A stretch of DNA of 20,000 bases from NCBI GenBank assembly GCA_943704415.1, contig CALSCO010000306.1, forward strand, positions 45,606 through 65,605, given 5' to 3'. The position numbers were made by a program, and so were the translations under genes. The notes beneath the pieces were generated by a model that saw only the letters and a list, made by a program, of their open reading frames with translations, did not search any database and was not told the DNA's origin. Source of the stretch: Parvularia atlantis (Eukaryota). Shown here piece after piece: positions 8,993 through 19,514 of the stretch; the first letter of the stretch is position 1, and each line of letters begins with the position of its first letter.

Positions 8993-11161
8993 TCAACGCG
9001 ACCCGAACGCCAGCGGCGAGCCGCGCAGCGACGACGACGACGGCGACGCGGCCGCGCCCAGCTTGATGCTGCCGCTGCGCAGCAGCCGGTCGCGCTCGCG
9101 CACGCGCCACGTGCCCACCGGCGGCGTGTTTTCAGCGCCGCGCTGCTTCTCTGCCGGCGCGCACGCGGCCCCGTCAGCGCGCAGCCGTGCAGCAAGACAC
9201 GCGGCCGCACCCATGATCGAGGCCATCATTCGGTTCACGGCCGCCGAGCACGCCTGCATCTGCACGTGCGTGTCCGTGAAGAAGTAGTGGAACTGCGCGC
9301 CCTGGTTGAACGTGACCTGCACGCCACCGTGACCGCCGTCAGCACACGAGAGCGGTGTGAGCGTGCGGACCTTGAAGCTGTGGTGCACGCCGCACTCCTC
9401 GATCGTCATCAGCGTCGTGCTAACGTAGCCGTCAAAGTCGATCTCCTCCAGCGGCTCCATCGACTGGCGCGCAGAGGTAAGCACCGGCACGCCCAGCGTA
9501 TGTACGCGCACAGCACGAACGCACCACAAAGTCGTACGTGTACATCTTGCCGTTGCGCACCTTGGCGAACCGCCGCTTCCAGTGCTGCATGGTTGCGCTG
9601 TGCTGCACCTCGCCCTCCCAGAACACCTTGTGCTGGTTCTCGTACTCGCGCTCCTTCTGCAGCCGCAGGCAGTCCTCGTACGACTGCGGCGTCCACACGG
9701 CCTGCACGCGTGCGCTTTCAGCACACGCGCGCGCTCGCGCGAGGCGCAGACACACCATCCGGTCCGTGTGGTAGTAGTACTGCACCGCGGCCATCCCGCG
9801 CACGGGCTCGGGCGTGGACGCGCACAGCACAAACTGGTTGTCGATCGGGGTGTTTTGCGCCAGCTCGGTCTGCGTGTGCCGCTCAGCACACACACACACA
9901 CACACACACACCGCACAAAGCGAGGGCGCACCAGCCGCGGGATCGTAAACGAGGCGATCTCCGTGTCGGCGTCGGCGCTGGGCGCGGAGCTCGATGATGA
10001 CGACGACGCGCTGCCACCGCCAAACTGCCGCCTCAGCATGCCCTTGAAGCCCGTCGGCTGCACATGCTTGGCGAAGAGCGTGATGCGCACGAGCGACGAC
10101 TCATCGGTCGCGTTGCTCACGCTGTGCGCGCCGCGTGAGCCGCCGCCGTACAAACCCACCAGACGCACATCTTGAACGTGTCGTTGAGCGCGACGCGTCC
10201 CGCCTTGACGAAGCTCGTCGAGTACTGCCGCTGGTCGCCTAGGCCGATCGAGACCGAAAAGTACAGCTTGGCGCTGGACGGCACGTTGCGGCACTGGAAG
10301 TCGCTGATCTCGATGACTGCGGCAAGGTCAGACGTACAACGACCGTCGTGGCGCGCACGCCACGCACGGCGGATAAAGAGCATGTTGCGGTGCTCGCGCT
10401 TCTGCGCGCTGTGTGCGGTGCGGCCACATCAGCAGCGAGCAAAAGCGCTCACCAGGAACGCACGTCACGCTCGCGGCCTGCAGGCACTTGGCCACGAGCA
10501 GGTCGACCGAGTTGCGGTACTTGTTGGACTGCAGCTTGACTTCGTACTCGCTGATCTGTGCACGCGGGCGCGGCGCGCCTGAGCGTCACAGCAGCAGCAA
10601 GGACGGCCGCGCGCGCACCGCCGTCTCAGGCGTGATGACGATGGGCGCCGCGTTGAACACGGACTTGCGTTTGAAGTAGTCGACCTCGTGCGCGGGCGCG
10701 GCGGCCTTGGACGGCGAGTCGGCGAGGGTCTCGGGGTGCAGCGTGATGGCCTGCGCGTGCGCCATGATCCTGTGCGCGCACGAACACATCGACCAGCAGC
10801 ACTGGTAGCCGATGCGCGCGGCACGTACTCCTGGAAGCCGAACGACTCGCGGCCAAAGACGGGCGAGCTGCGCATCATCTCGACCAGGTCGAGCGCAAGC
10901 GACGACGAGCCGAGAGCACCCGTGGCCGCGCCCGTGGCGGGGCCAGCCGTCTCGGGCTTGGCGGGCGAGACGGCGGGCGAGTCGTCGACGGCGCCCTTGA
11001 GCGGCATCTGCTCGACGTCGTCGTCGTCCAGCACGGCGCCGCCGGCGAGCACGCGCTTCATGTCCTCCTCGTGCGCGAGGTCGATCGGCGACAGGCCCTT
11101 GTGGTTCTTGGCCTGCGCGCGGCACACGGCACGACACAATCAGCACGCACGCAGCGTGCAC

Positions 11162-11194
<33 letters not shown>

Positions 11195-11741
11195 CGGCGA
11201 ACGTGCGGGTCCGCGCCGAGCCGCACGAGCTCGCGCGCGACGGCCGTCATGCCCAGCAGCGCGGCCAGGTGCAGCGCCGTGTTGTCGTCGCCCCAGCGCG
11301 CGTTGATGTAGTACGGCGAGTCGTCCTCCTCGATCAGGAAGAAGATCTGCGGCCGGGTTGGCGGTGGTCAGCGTCGATGGCCAAACGACGAGAAGGACGA
11401 CGCACAACGGCGCTCGGCCGCAGGTGCGTGATCGCCAGGTGCAGCGCGTTCATCCGGCGCGTGTTGGCACCCAGCAGGATCTCGGCCTGGTGGGCGACGA
11501 GCTCGGCGTAGGGTGTCTGCGTCTGCGTCGCGCGTCGCGTCAGCAGCCTTCACTGCCGTAGCGCGCGCAGCGGGCGACGCACGTCCTTCACGAGGTTGAG
11601 CAGCATCGAGTCAGCCACCAGCAGCGCCTCGAGCGCCTCGGGCGCGCCCGTGCGCACGGCCTCGAACCACGCCGCGGCCGCGGGCGACGCCGCCGACGAG
11701 ACAGACGACGACGACGACGACGACGACGACAACGACGCCAT
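8993..11741 (-). CDS. Ankyrin-repeat + C2-like/anillin-homology + PH domain protein (Bud4/Mid2/anillin-like), 14 exons, ~655 aa
   Basis: Ankyrin motifs MNALHLAI, NTALHLAALLGMTAVARELVRLGADP and KNHKGLSPIDLA. C2-like segment MLFIRLIEISDF…LNDTFKI. PH segment PQSYEDCL…WEGEVQH…HWKRRFAKVRNGKMYTYD resembles the Bud4/Mid2 C-terminus. Thirteen GT-AG introns keep frame. Confidence 0.8.
9887..9911. repeat. (CA)n microsatellite in intron
   Basis: Direct reading. Confidence 0.85.
11164..11194 (+). repeat. G31 homopolymer inside intron 11113-11202
   Basis: 31 consecutive G. Confidence 0.95.
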
Positions 11742-11810
11742 TCAAAGCTTTTGAATTCGTAACGGTCGTGACGTCAGCGCGCGCGGATTGGGCGGTCGCG
11801 CGGACCAATC
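11740..11810 (-). promoter_or_regulatory. Putative proximal promoter: palindromic CHR-like TTTGAA pair, CRE (TGACGTCA), two inverted CCAAT boxes
   Basis: ATTCAAA-GCT-TTTGAAT 11740-11756; TGACGTCA 11769-11776; GATTGG 11786-11791 and CCAATC 11805-11810. Confidence 0.5.
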
Positions 11811-11921
11811 AGCGTGCGTCGGCATTCGATCTGCTTTGCGGCTTCCGCAACGGCGAGTTGCGCCTGATGGAGGGGCGGTGTGCGTGTGCGTGGGTGCGTG
11901 TGTGCAGTGCGAGCGGTCGCA

Positions 11922-12925
11922 TCACCAGGGCAGCAGCGCCGAGAGCGCACCCCTGATGGACCCCTGCGCAGCATGTGGCGGTGCTGGCCGCCCCCTGAGC
12001 GGCGCGCGCGCCGGGCGACGTCAGCGCATCATGAGGGCCAGACGTTGCACCGCACCGCGCGGCAGCCGCGGCGGAAGATGCAGCGGACGGCGCGCCGCCG
12101 TCAGGCATCGACGCCTTGACGCTCGTCAGGTCCGCGTCGACCTTGCGCAGCAGGCTCTGCACGTCCGCGCCCGGCGACCGCTTGCGCGCGTCGGGCTCTG
12201 CACGCGCGACAAACGTCCCGCACACGTCAGCCGCGATTGCCCGTCAGACCCCGCGCGCACCCGACGCCGATCGCCGCATCCCAGCCCACGCGGGCTCTGC
12301 CGGCTCGAAACTGCGCCGCGGCGCTTGCGTCGGCTGCTGCTGCTGCTGCTGTTGTGCTGCTGACAACGCGGCGGCCGGCACGCGCGCCCGCGGGATGACG
12401 AGCGTGCGCTTGAGGTAGATTGAGTCGCCCGGCCAGAGGCTGTTTGCGCGGCGGATGTCGTCGACCTGCGGCGCGTCGTCAGCGTCCCTCCCGACCACCC
12501 CACGCGGCCGCCGCGCGCGGCGCCCGCACCGTCACGCCGTACTGCAGCGCAAGGCCCTGCAGCGTGTCGGCCGGGCGGACGACGTGCGTCCCGCTCTCGT
12601 CCACGGCCGTCCACGCGCCCGCATCGGCCCCGACGCGCCGTCGCTCGGTCCCCGCGCCGTCCGCGTCACCGTCGGCGTACAGTTGCTCGCTGCTGCCGGG
12701 CCGCGCGCCGTCGTTGTCGCCGTCGTGGTCGTAGTCGCGATGCAGCAGCCGCGTGGACGGCCCCATAAAGCGCGCCGCCTCCTCGCCCGCGCGCCCCATG
12801 CTCTGCCGGACCCCACGGCTCTGCAGCGGCACCTCGTCGACGTCGCCGCGCCCGGCCGCAGGCCGCGGCAGCACTGGCACCTCGAGCAGCGGGTCGGGCG
12901 CGTCGCCAATCGACGCGAACATCAT
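11922..12925 (-). CDS. LysM domain protein (LYSMD1/2-like), 4 exons
   Basis: HVVRPADTLQGLALQYGVT|VDDIRRANSLWPGDSIYLKRTLVIP is a LysM domain split by intron 12466-12529. Downstream helix VQSLLRKVDADL. Start and last exon are less certain. Confidence 0.8.
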
Positions 12926-12971
12926 CCGTGACGCGAAAAGGACCCCGAACAGCGGAAACCAATGCCCGCGT

Positions 12972-14279
12972 TCACAGGCGCGCCTTGATGTCGGCGCGCT
13001 CGGCCAGCGCGGCCATCTGCTGCATACGCCGCAGCCCGCGCTGGCGCACGGCGCCCTCAACCAACGCCGTGAGCGTGTCGGGCAGCAGCTCGCTGACCCA
13101 TGCGAGCACGTAGCGCTCCCTGCGCGGCGCACGCTCAGCTTCCGTTGTGAGAGAGACCACACGAGCCGGCGAGCGGCGCACGTCGGGAGGCCGTGCTCGA
13201 GCGGGTGGTTGGGCAGGATGTGGTCCAGCACGGCGCGCTCGATGTCCTCCACCGTGAGGATCCGCGAGCCCGAGAACGTGAGCGCGGCCTCGGGGTAGTC
13301 GATCTGGCGAGCAAACGTCAGGCGCGCACGCACAGAGCGGGCGCACCATCGCGCACCTGCAGGTCCACCATCGGCGTGAGTACCGCGTCCGGGCAGATCA
13401 CCGTCACGGCCACGCCCGTCGGCGCCAGCTCCTTGGCGAGCACGCGCGAGAAAACGCGCGTCGCGTGCTTGGACGCGCTGTACAGGCCCAGCCCGACCAC
13501 GCACGAGATGGACGCCAGCGAGCCAAAGTTGACGATGTGCCCGCGGCCGCCCGCGACCATGTGCGCGGCGGCCGTCTGCGCCCCAAAGATGACGCCCTTG
13601 ACGTTGATGTCCATGTGCTTGTGCACCTCGGCCTCGGGCTGCGCGGCGTGGGTGTGTCAGGAGGGCCGCGCCGTGTGCGTGGAGCAGAACACACGCACCT
13701 GCCGCGCCAGGTCACCCGGCAGCAGGTAGCCCGCGATGTTTAGCAGCACGTCGACGGCTCCAAAGCGCGCCACGGCCTCGTCAAACACAGCGCGCCAGTC
13801 GGCCAGGCTGCGCACGTCAAGCTTGCGAATCTGCGCACACGCGCACGCATGAGCAACCCGCGCACGGCCCAGCGAGCAGAGTGCGGCGCACCAGCAGACG
13901 CGCGGCGTGCGGCTGCCACGCGGGCGAGGCGGCGAGGCGCTCGAGCTGCGCGAGGTTGATGTCGGTCGCAACGACGCGCTTCCCCTTGGCTGCGCGACGC
14001 GCTCAGCCCATCTGTGCGCCTCTCCCGCCCGCCCACCCGCCCCCGCACCGAGCAGCACGGTCGCGAGGTGCTTGCCGATGCCGCTCGCGCAGCCCGTGAG
14101 GAAGAACACGTCGTGCGCGTCCGCGACGGCCCTGCGCTGCTGCGCCGCCACCGCGCTCCTCTGCATCGGGGGACCTTTCCGTCAGCCCTCCACGCGTCGC
14201 GCGCACGGTCCGGCCGCACCCGCCACGCCGCGGCAGCGGCAATCGCGACAGCGGCGGCCGCGAGGGTCCCTACGTTCAT
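12972..14279 (-). CDS. Classical short-chain dehydrogenase/reductase with N-terminal hydrophobic anchor, 7 exons
   Basis: TGCASGIG (TGxxxGxG), DV, LLNIAG, DINVKG, VNFGSLAS, catalytic YSASK and ICPDAVLTPM. Six GT-AG introns. Confidence 0.93.
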
Positions 14280-14709
14280 CGCGTCCGGCTTGCGAACGAG
14301 GCTATTGTGTGGCAAAGGGGTGAGATAAGATATCAGGTGTGGATGCTGTCGTCGCGCGTCGCATCGCGTCCGTCGTCGGCCGTCGCCGCGGTGCGTCGCG
14401 CCCCTCTCCCCCCCTCCCCCCTCTTCCCGTCCACCGCACGCGCGCCGTCGTGCTGCACGCGCGCCGCACGCGCCCACGACGCGTCACGTGCGGCGCGGAC
14501 GGCGCAACGCGTGCGCCCCGCACGTGGCGCCGGATCGTTGCTGCTTGAGCCGCCACTGACGCGCGCCGCGGCAGGACGAGCCGGCGGGGCGCACGAGCAG
14601 CGGCGGCGCAGCCGACTCGGACGGTGCGCGGCGGGCGGCGCGGCGCGGCGGGCGGCGTGGGCTGAGGCGCAACGCGAACGCAGACGAGGTCGCTACGGCG
14701 CCGCAACAG

Positions 14710-17511
14710 ATGGCGCAGGCGGCGCCAGCCGGCCATGGCAGCGGCAGCGGCGGCGGTGGCGGCGGTGGCGGCGGCAAGGGCACGCAGCGCAAGAAGTCGC
14801 TGCTCAACAAGCTCTTCAAGGGCGGCAGCAGCAGCGGCAGTAACGCCGCGTCCGACGACGCCGGCTCGACCAAGGGCAGCGGCGATAGCGACGGCCTGTC
14901 GGATGACGACGTCGTCACGGCGCGCTCGCGCACCAAGAGCGAAGGTGCCGCCCGCCCGCTCGCCCGGCCGCTGTGGTCTTGTTGACGTCGCGCGCGCAGG
15001 GCTGCTCGACCGCATCCGCTCGCTGCGCCGGCGCATCGACCAGGCTGAACAGGAGGAAGACGAGCCCAACCTGCTGTCGTGCGTGCCGCCCTCCTACGCA
15101 CACCGCACGCGCTCACCGCCACCTGCACACGCAGATCGGCCGCGCGGCAGCAGATCCACGCGCTGCAGCAGGAGATCCAGATGCTCAACCAGGAGCTCGA
15201 GGCGTACAAGTCCGAGAAGCGCGACTCGATGGTCAACATGACCAAGAAGACGACGACGCACCCGCACCAGCGCACGCTGCTCACGCACGAGACGTTTGAC
15301 GGGTTCTTCTTCAAGGGTGTCGTCGCGGTCAACAACGAGATAGGGCAGGCGCGTCGTTCCTGCGCAGAGGCGTATCGTATTCGCTGACGCTGTGCCGCGC
15401 GCACAGACCGTCGACACGTTTGACATCGTCGCCGACACGACAACCCTGCAGCTGCCCCCGCACATGAAGTGGTCGCCGCCCAAGATGTCGCCGCAGACGC
15501 AGATCCGCTACCGCGTGCGCCGCGCCTTCCCCCTTGCCAGTGCGGCGTCGCTCACGCGGATGCAGCGTGCCTCGTCGCCCACGCCGCACTCGTCCGCCGA
15601 GCCCAACCCCGAGTACAAGCGGTCCAACTCGTGCGCGCGCGCACCGTGCGCCAAACTGTGGCGCTCACTCTTTGCGCGCGCGCGCAGCACGTCCGACAAG
15701 CTTGTCCACCGCCCGTCCGACAGCCGCAACCGGCTCAGCGGGTCGATCCCCGAGGGCCTCACGGCGCGCGCGCAGGGGCGCAGCTCCACCCCGCCGCTGC
15801 CGGTGCGCGCCGGAGCAAGCTTGCATGCACGAGTGCTGACGCGCACGCGCAGCTGCAATCGGGTTCCGGCAGCGCGCAGCTGCTCCCGTCGTCGAGCACG
15901 AGCAGCGACGCCACGCGGCCAAGCACGCCCGACAAGCTCTGTGCGTGTGCCCGTGGGCGCCTGACGCGTGAGTGGAGGCTGACGTCGCGTGCGCCAGTGC
16001 GCGAGTGGGCGAACCGCGCTGTGGTCCACCGCAAGCTCAAGACGCGCGAGGGCGCCGAGGCGTGCCTGGAGTTGGGCATCCTCGACGTCGACCTTGTGCT
16101 GGACACGGCGCACAGCCTGACCAAGATCAAGGAGCCGCGCACGGTCACACTGTACTTTTACCTGCGCGACTCGCTCGAGCGGCGGTACGACTCGGTGGCG
16201 AGCGTGACGCTGGACGTGCCTAGCATCCGCAACGAGATGCTCGACAAGATCAAGCGCAGCCTGCAGCGGGTGCGCGTGCGACGGTCGCGGCGCGAGCGTG
16301 CCAACTGATGACGACGCTGCGCAGGCGACCGACAACGGCCTTATGCCGCTCGAGAGCAACCCGGCCGTGAGCGTGACATCGCTCGCGTTCGAGCTGATCG
16401 ACTACTCGGACGACGTCGAGGTGCGCTCGCTCATCAACGTCGGTATCAACGGGACCGGTGCGTGCGCCGGTTGCGGCACGCGGGGAGCGGCGACTTACAG
16501 CGGAGGGGGGTGGGACTGCAGGTGAGGCCGTGCCGATCATCGCCAAATTTGACGTTGTCATCCCGTTGCCGACGACGCCCAAGCCGGCTGCGTCCGCGGC
16601 GGGCACGATCGCGTCGGTTTCGCTCAAGACGCAGCACACACGTGCGCCCGTTCGCTTTTGCGGACGGGCGCGGCAGCTGACGCGCGCACAGCACCCTCGG
16701 CCGACGAGAGCGCCGTCGTGACGACGCCGCTGGCCACGCACCAGAAGACGGTCACACAGCCGCTGCTGACGACCAAGACGCTGCAGGTGCGTGCGCGTTT
16801 TGGTCGAGCGTGTGTGTGCAGGCTGCTGACGGTGGACGTGGCAGAACTTTTGGTTCCGCCTCGAGGTCGAGTTTGACGACGGCTGGCTGGAGGAGAGGCC
16901 GAGCGTGCTCGGGCCGTTCCCGCCGTCGGAGCAGCAGATCGTCATGGCCGACAGCCACTACTACATCGAGCAAGACTACATCCTGAACGGTGCGGGCGAA
17001 CGTGCTGGCCCGCTCGTGGTGGCGGCTGACGGCACCGCGGCCAGGCGTGTGCGTGCTTGGGCCGCAGCGACGCGTCGAGAAGCGCACGCCGTACGAGACG
17101 ATCTTCCACATCCTGTACTACTGCCGTGGTGCGGACGCGCCTGACCGCGACAGCGCACGGGCCGACACGCCGCGCGCCGTGCAGACCGCGCGAAGGAGTA
17201 CTCGTCGATGTTTTGCGTCGCCGACTTTGACCTGTCGATGGCCGAAATCATCAAGGCGTCGCAGGGTACGCGCGGCCGCTCTAGATGTGCTGCCGCGTGG
17301 CTGACGTACGGGCGTGCACGCAGGCTTCCAGAAGCCGCGCGACCGCTTCAAGGTCGAGAAGCAGATGGAACTGGGCCAGGTGCACGCCGTGTTCCACTTT
17401 TTCGTGGCCGAGGAAGTCGTGCCCGAGCCGAGCACGACGGGCCAGGCAATCAACCCGACCGAGGGCAGCTGGATCCTTGAGCGGATCACGCTGGCCGTGC
17501 AGGTGCAATAG
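14710..17511 (+). CDS. Hypothetical protein (~670 aa, 15 exons): Gly/Ser-rich N-terminus, coiled coil, Ser/Pro linker, beta-rich (possibly C2-like) C-terminal region
   Basis: Fourteen 50-64 nt introns (13 GT-AG, 1 GC-AG) splice into one frame from ATG 14710 to TAG 17509-17511. Coiled-coil segment ARQQIHALQQEIQMLNQELEAYK. Confidence 0.8.
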
Positions 17512-17675
17512 AGCGGCTGCCCTTCCAAGCATTTCTCCCCGCCTCCGCTCATGCCCACTGTGTTTTTGTACGCGCCGCACGTCGACGACGACCACGTAAT
17601 TGAGTGAGGGGAGCGCGCACAAAAGAACACAGAGCGACAGCAGCATACATGCCGCGCGACGCGACGCGACGTGAG

Positions 17676-19514
17676 TCAGCGCCGCGGCGTCCAGACCTCC
17701 TTGGTGTAGCGGCCGCGCGGCGGCACGCCGGTGATGACCGAGAGCGCATTGACCATGTCCTCAGCCACGTTGAAGCCGACGCTGAGCACCTCCTCAAAGT
17801 GCGACGGCGGCGAGTTGGCCAGGCCAAACGTGCACGCGGCCGACTGGCCCCCCGACTCGAGGATGGCCTTGCAGTCGGCGCCGCTGATGTAGCCCTCGCC
17901 CGTGCAGCGCGGACCGGCCGAGCAGCCGATGCGCCAGTCGGCGATGGGGAAGATGTAGCCGGCCTCGTCCGAGCCTAGGCCGGCGATCCAGCAGTAGTCG
18001 CACTCGAGCATGTCCTTGAGCACACCCGGCATGGTGTAGGCCGGGCCGACCGCGTGGCGTTCGGGCGTCATGTAGTACTTGCTGACAGACTCGGGCAGGT
18101 CAAAGTCGGCCGGGACGCCGTTGGCCATCTCGGCCGAGACCTCGCCGGGCACGGCCAGGAGCGAGACCGGGCCGAAGCGGTAAAGCGTGAGGATGGCCTG
18201 GGCAAAGTTGCCGACGCGCACGGGAAGGTCGCCGTCGCGGATAGTTTCGTAGTTGTCGGGGCGGCACGTGGCGTTGGTCGGCGGCTGGGTCACGTCGCAC
18301 ACCCAGAGCGGTCGCATGGCGTAGCCGATGAACATGGGCACGGTGGGGTCGTCGGCGCTGGGCGCGAGGCCGTAGCGGAAGAGGATGTTGCCGAGGTAGG
18401 TGAAGAACGGGGTCCGGCGGACCTCGACGATGGTGCTGGCTGGCAGGACGAGGGCGCGGGCGTCCTTAAGCGCGCGCACGGCGGCGTTGGCGAGCTCGCG
18501 GCCGATGAGGCGCGTCATGCGGAAGTTGCGCGGGAGGAGGACGGCGTCGGGCGGGGCGGTACTGCCGTCGCCCTCGATCGGGAGCGCGTCCGAGACCTCC
18601 CACACGGGGCCGTGCGGGCCGACCTGGACGCCGATGGGCCCGTTGAGGAAGACGACAGTCGCGTTGCCGGTCTGGGCGCCGAGGTAGTCGATCAGGTGGC
18701 CGGGGAAGTCGGCCGAGAGGAAGCGGCCACGGGCGGAGCAGCCGGGCTCCTTGCCCAGCGCGGCGCAGTCGCTGTCGGGCACGGTGGGGGAGAAGCCGAG
18801 GGTGATCTCTGGGTGCATGCCCCACTGCACGACGGTGGCGATGACGCGGCCGGTGCCCGGGGCGCGCGCCTGGAGAACGTTGAGGGTGGGGTCGGCGAGG
18901 AGCGGGTCGCGCACGTCGCCCAGGCCGAACCACCACTTGTCGTCAGCCACGGCGATGTCGGCCGGCTCGAGGCGGGCGAGGGCGTCGAGGGTGATCTGGA
19001 GCATGCGGTCGAGCATGTAGCGGAACCACTGCCGGTTGAGCCCAGTCAGGCCGGACGTGTCGGGCCCGTGGTGGTTGTGCGTGGCGGCGACGAGGAAGTG
19101 CAGACGGGCGAAGGCCGTCTCGCCCACGGCCCGGCGCACGTCGTCGTAGTAGACCTGGAGGTCGTTGGAGAAGAGCATGTAGACGTCGACCGACATGACC
19201 ACGAGCGCCTGCCCGGCCGCGTCCTCCAGCGCCACCACGCTCGCCCGCACGTGGTCACGCGCCCAGCTGGCAAAGTCGCCGTTGCCCACGGGCATCTGGC
19301 CGTCGTCCCACTCGGGCACGACCGTGCCGGGCGACGTCGCGTCGTACTCGTCCACCGGCGCGATGTACTCGTCCGTCCCGCCCACCAGCGGCGTAATCCG
19401 CGCACTCGCCACACCGGCGCGCCACGCCGCCGCACGCTCCGCCCACGTTGGCGTCGCCACGGCGAGTGCCACGACGAGCGCCACGACGAGCGCCACGACG
19501 ACCGAGCCGCGCAT
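17676..19514 (-). CDS. Secreted neutral/alkaline ceramidase-like metallohydrolase, intronless, 612 aa
   Basis: Signal peptide (VVAL)x3. Motifs ARITP, VAATHNHHGPDT, WGMHPE, LSADFPG, FLNGPIG, VPGEVSAE and GLGSDEAGYI are typical of the neutral ceramidase superfamily. Uninterrupted ORF with strong codon bias. Confidence 0.85.
   Translation of the reverse strand: MRGSVVVALVVALVVALAVATPTWAERAAAWRAGVASARITPLVGGTDEYIAPVDEYDATSPGTVVPEWDDGQMPVGNGDFASWARDHVRASVVALEDAAGQALVVMSVDVYMLFSNDLQVYYDDVRRAVGETAFARLHFLVAATHNHHGPDTSGLTGLNRQWFRYMLDRMLQITLDALARLEPADIAVADDKWWFGLGDVRDPLLADPTLNVLQARAPGTGRVIATVVQWGMHPEITLGFSPTVPDSDCAALGKEPGCSARGRFLSADFPGHLIDYLGAQTGNATVVFLNGPIGVQVGPHGPVWEVSDALPIEGDGSTAPPDAVLLPRNFRMTRLIGRELANAAVRALKDARALVLPASTIVEVRRTPFFTYLGNILFRYGLAPSADDPTVPMFIGYAMRPLWVCDVTQPPTNATCRPDNYETIRDGDLPVRVGNFAQAILTLYRFGPVSLLAVPGEVSAEMANGVPADFDLPESVSKYYMTPERHAVGPAYTMPGVLKDMLECDYCWIAGLGSDEAGYIFPIADWRIGCSAGPRCTGEGYISGADCKAILESGGQSAACTFGLANSPPSHFEEVLSVGFNVAEDMVNALSVITGVPPRGRYTKEVWTPRR

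Noticed and set aside
11517..11523. Tandem acceptors (CGCAG-ACGCAG) 6 nt apart
   Set aside because: Would change only two residues; cannot be resolved from sequence and is of little consequence.
739..17511. Introner-like mobile introns
   Set aside because: Introns share only short splice motifs, with no extended identity, terminal inverted repeats or target-site duplications by eye.
739..19514. Alternative genetic code or frameshifting suggested by fragmented ORFs
   Set aside because: All breaks are resolved by ordinary short introns under the standard code.
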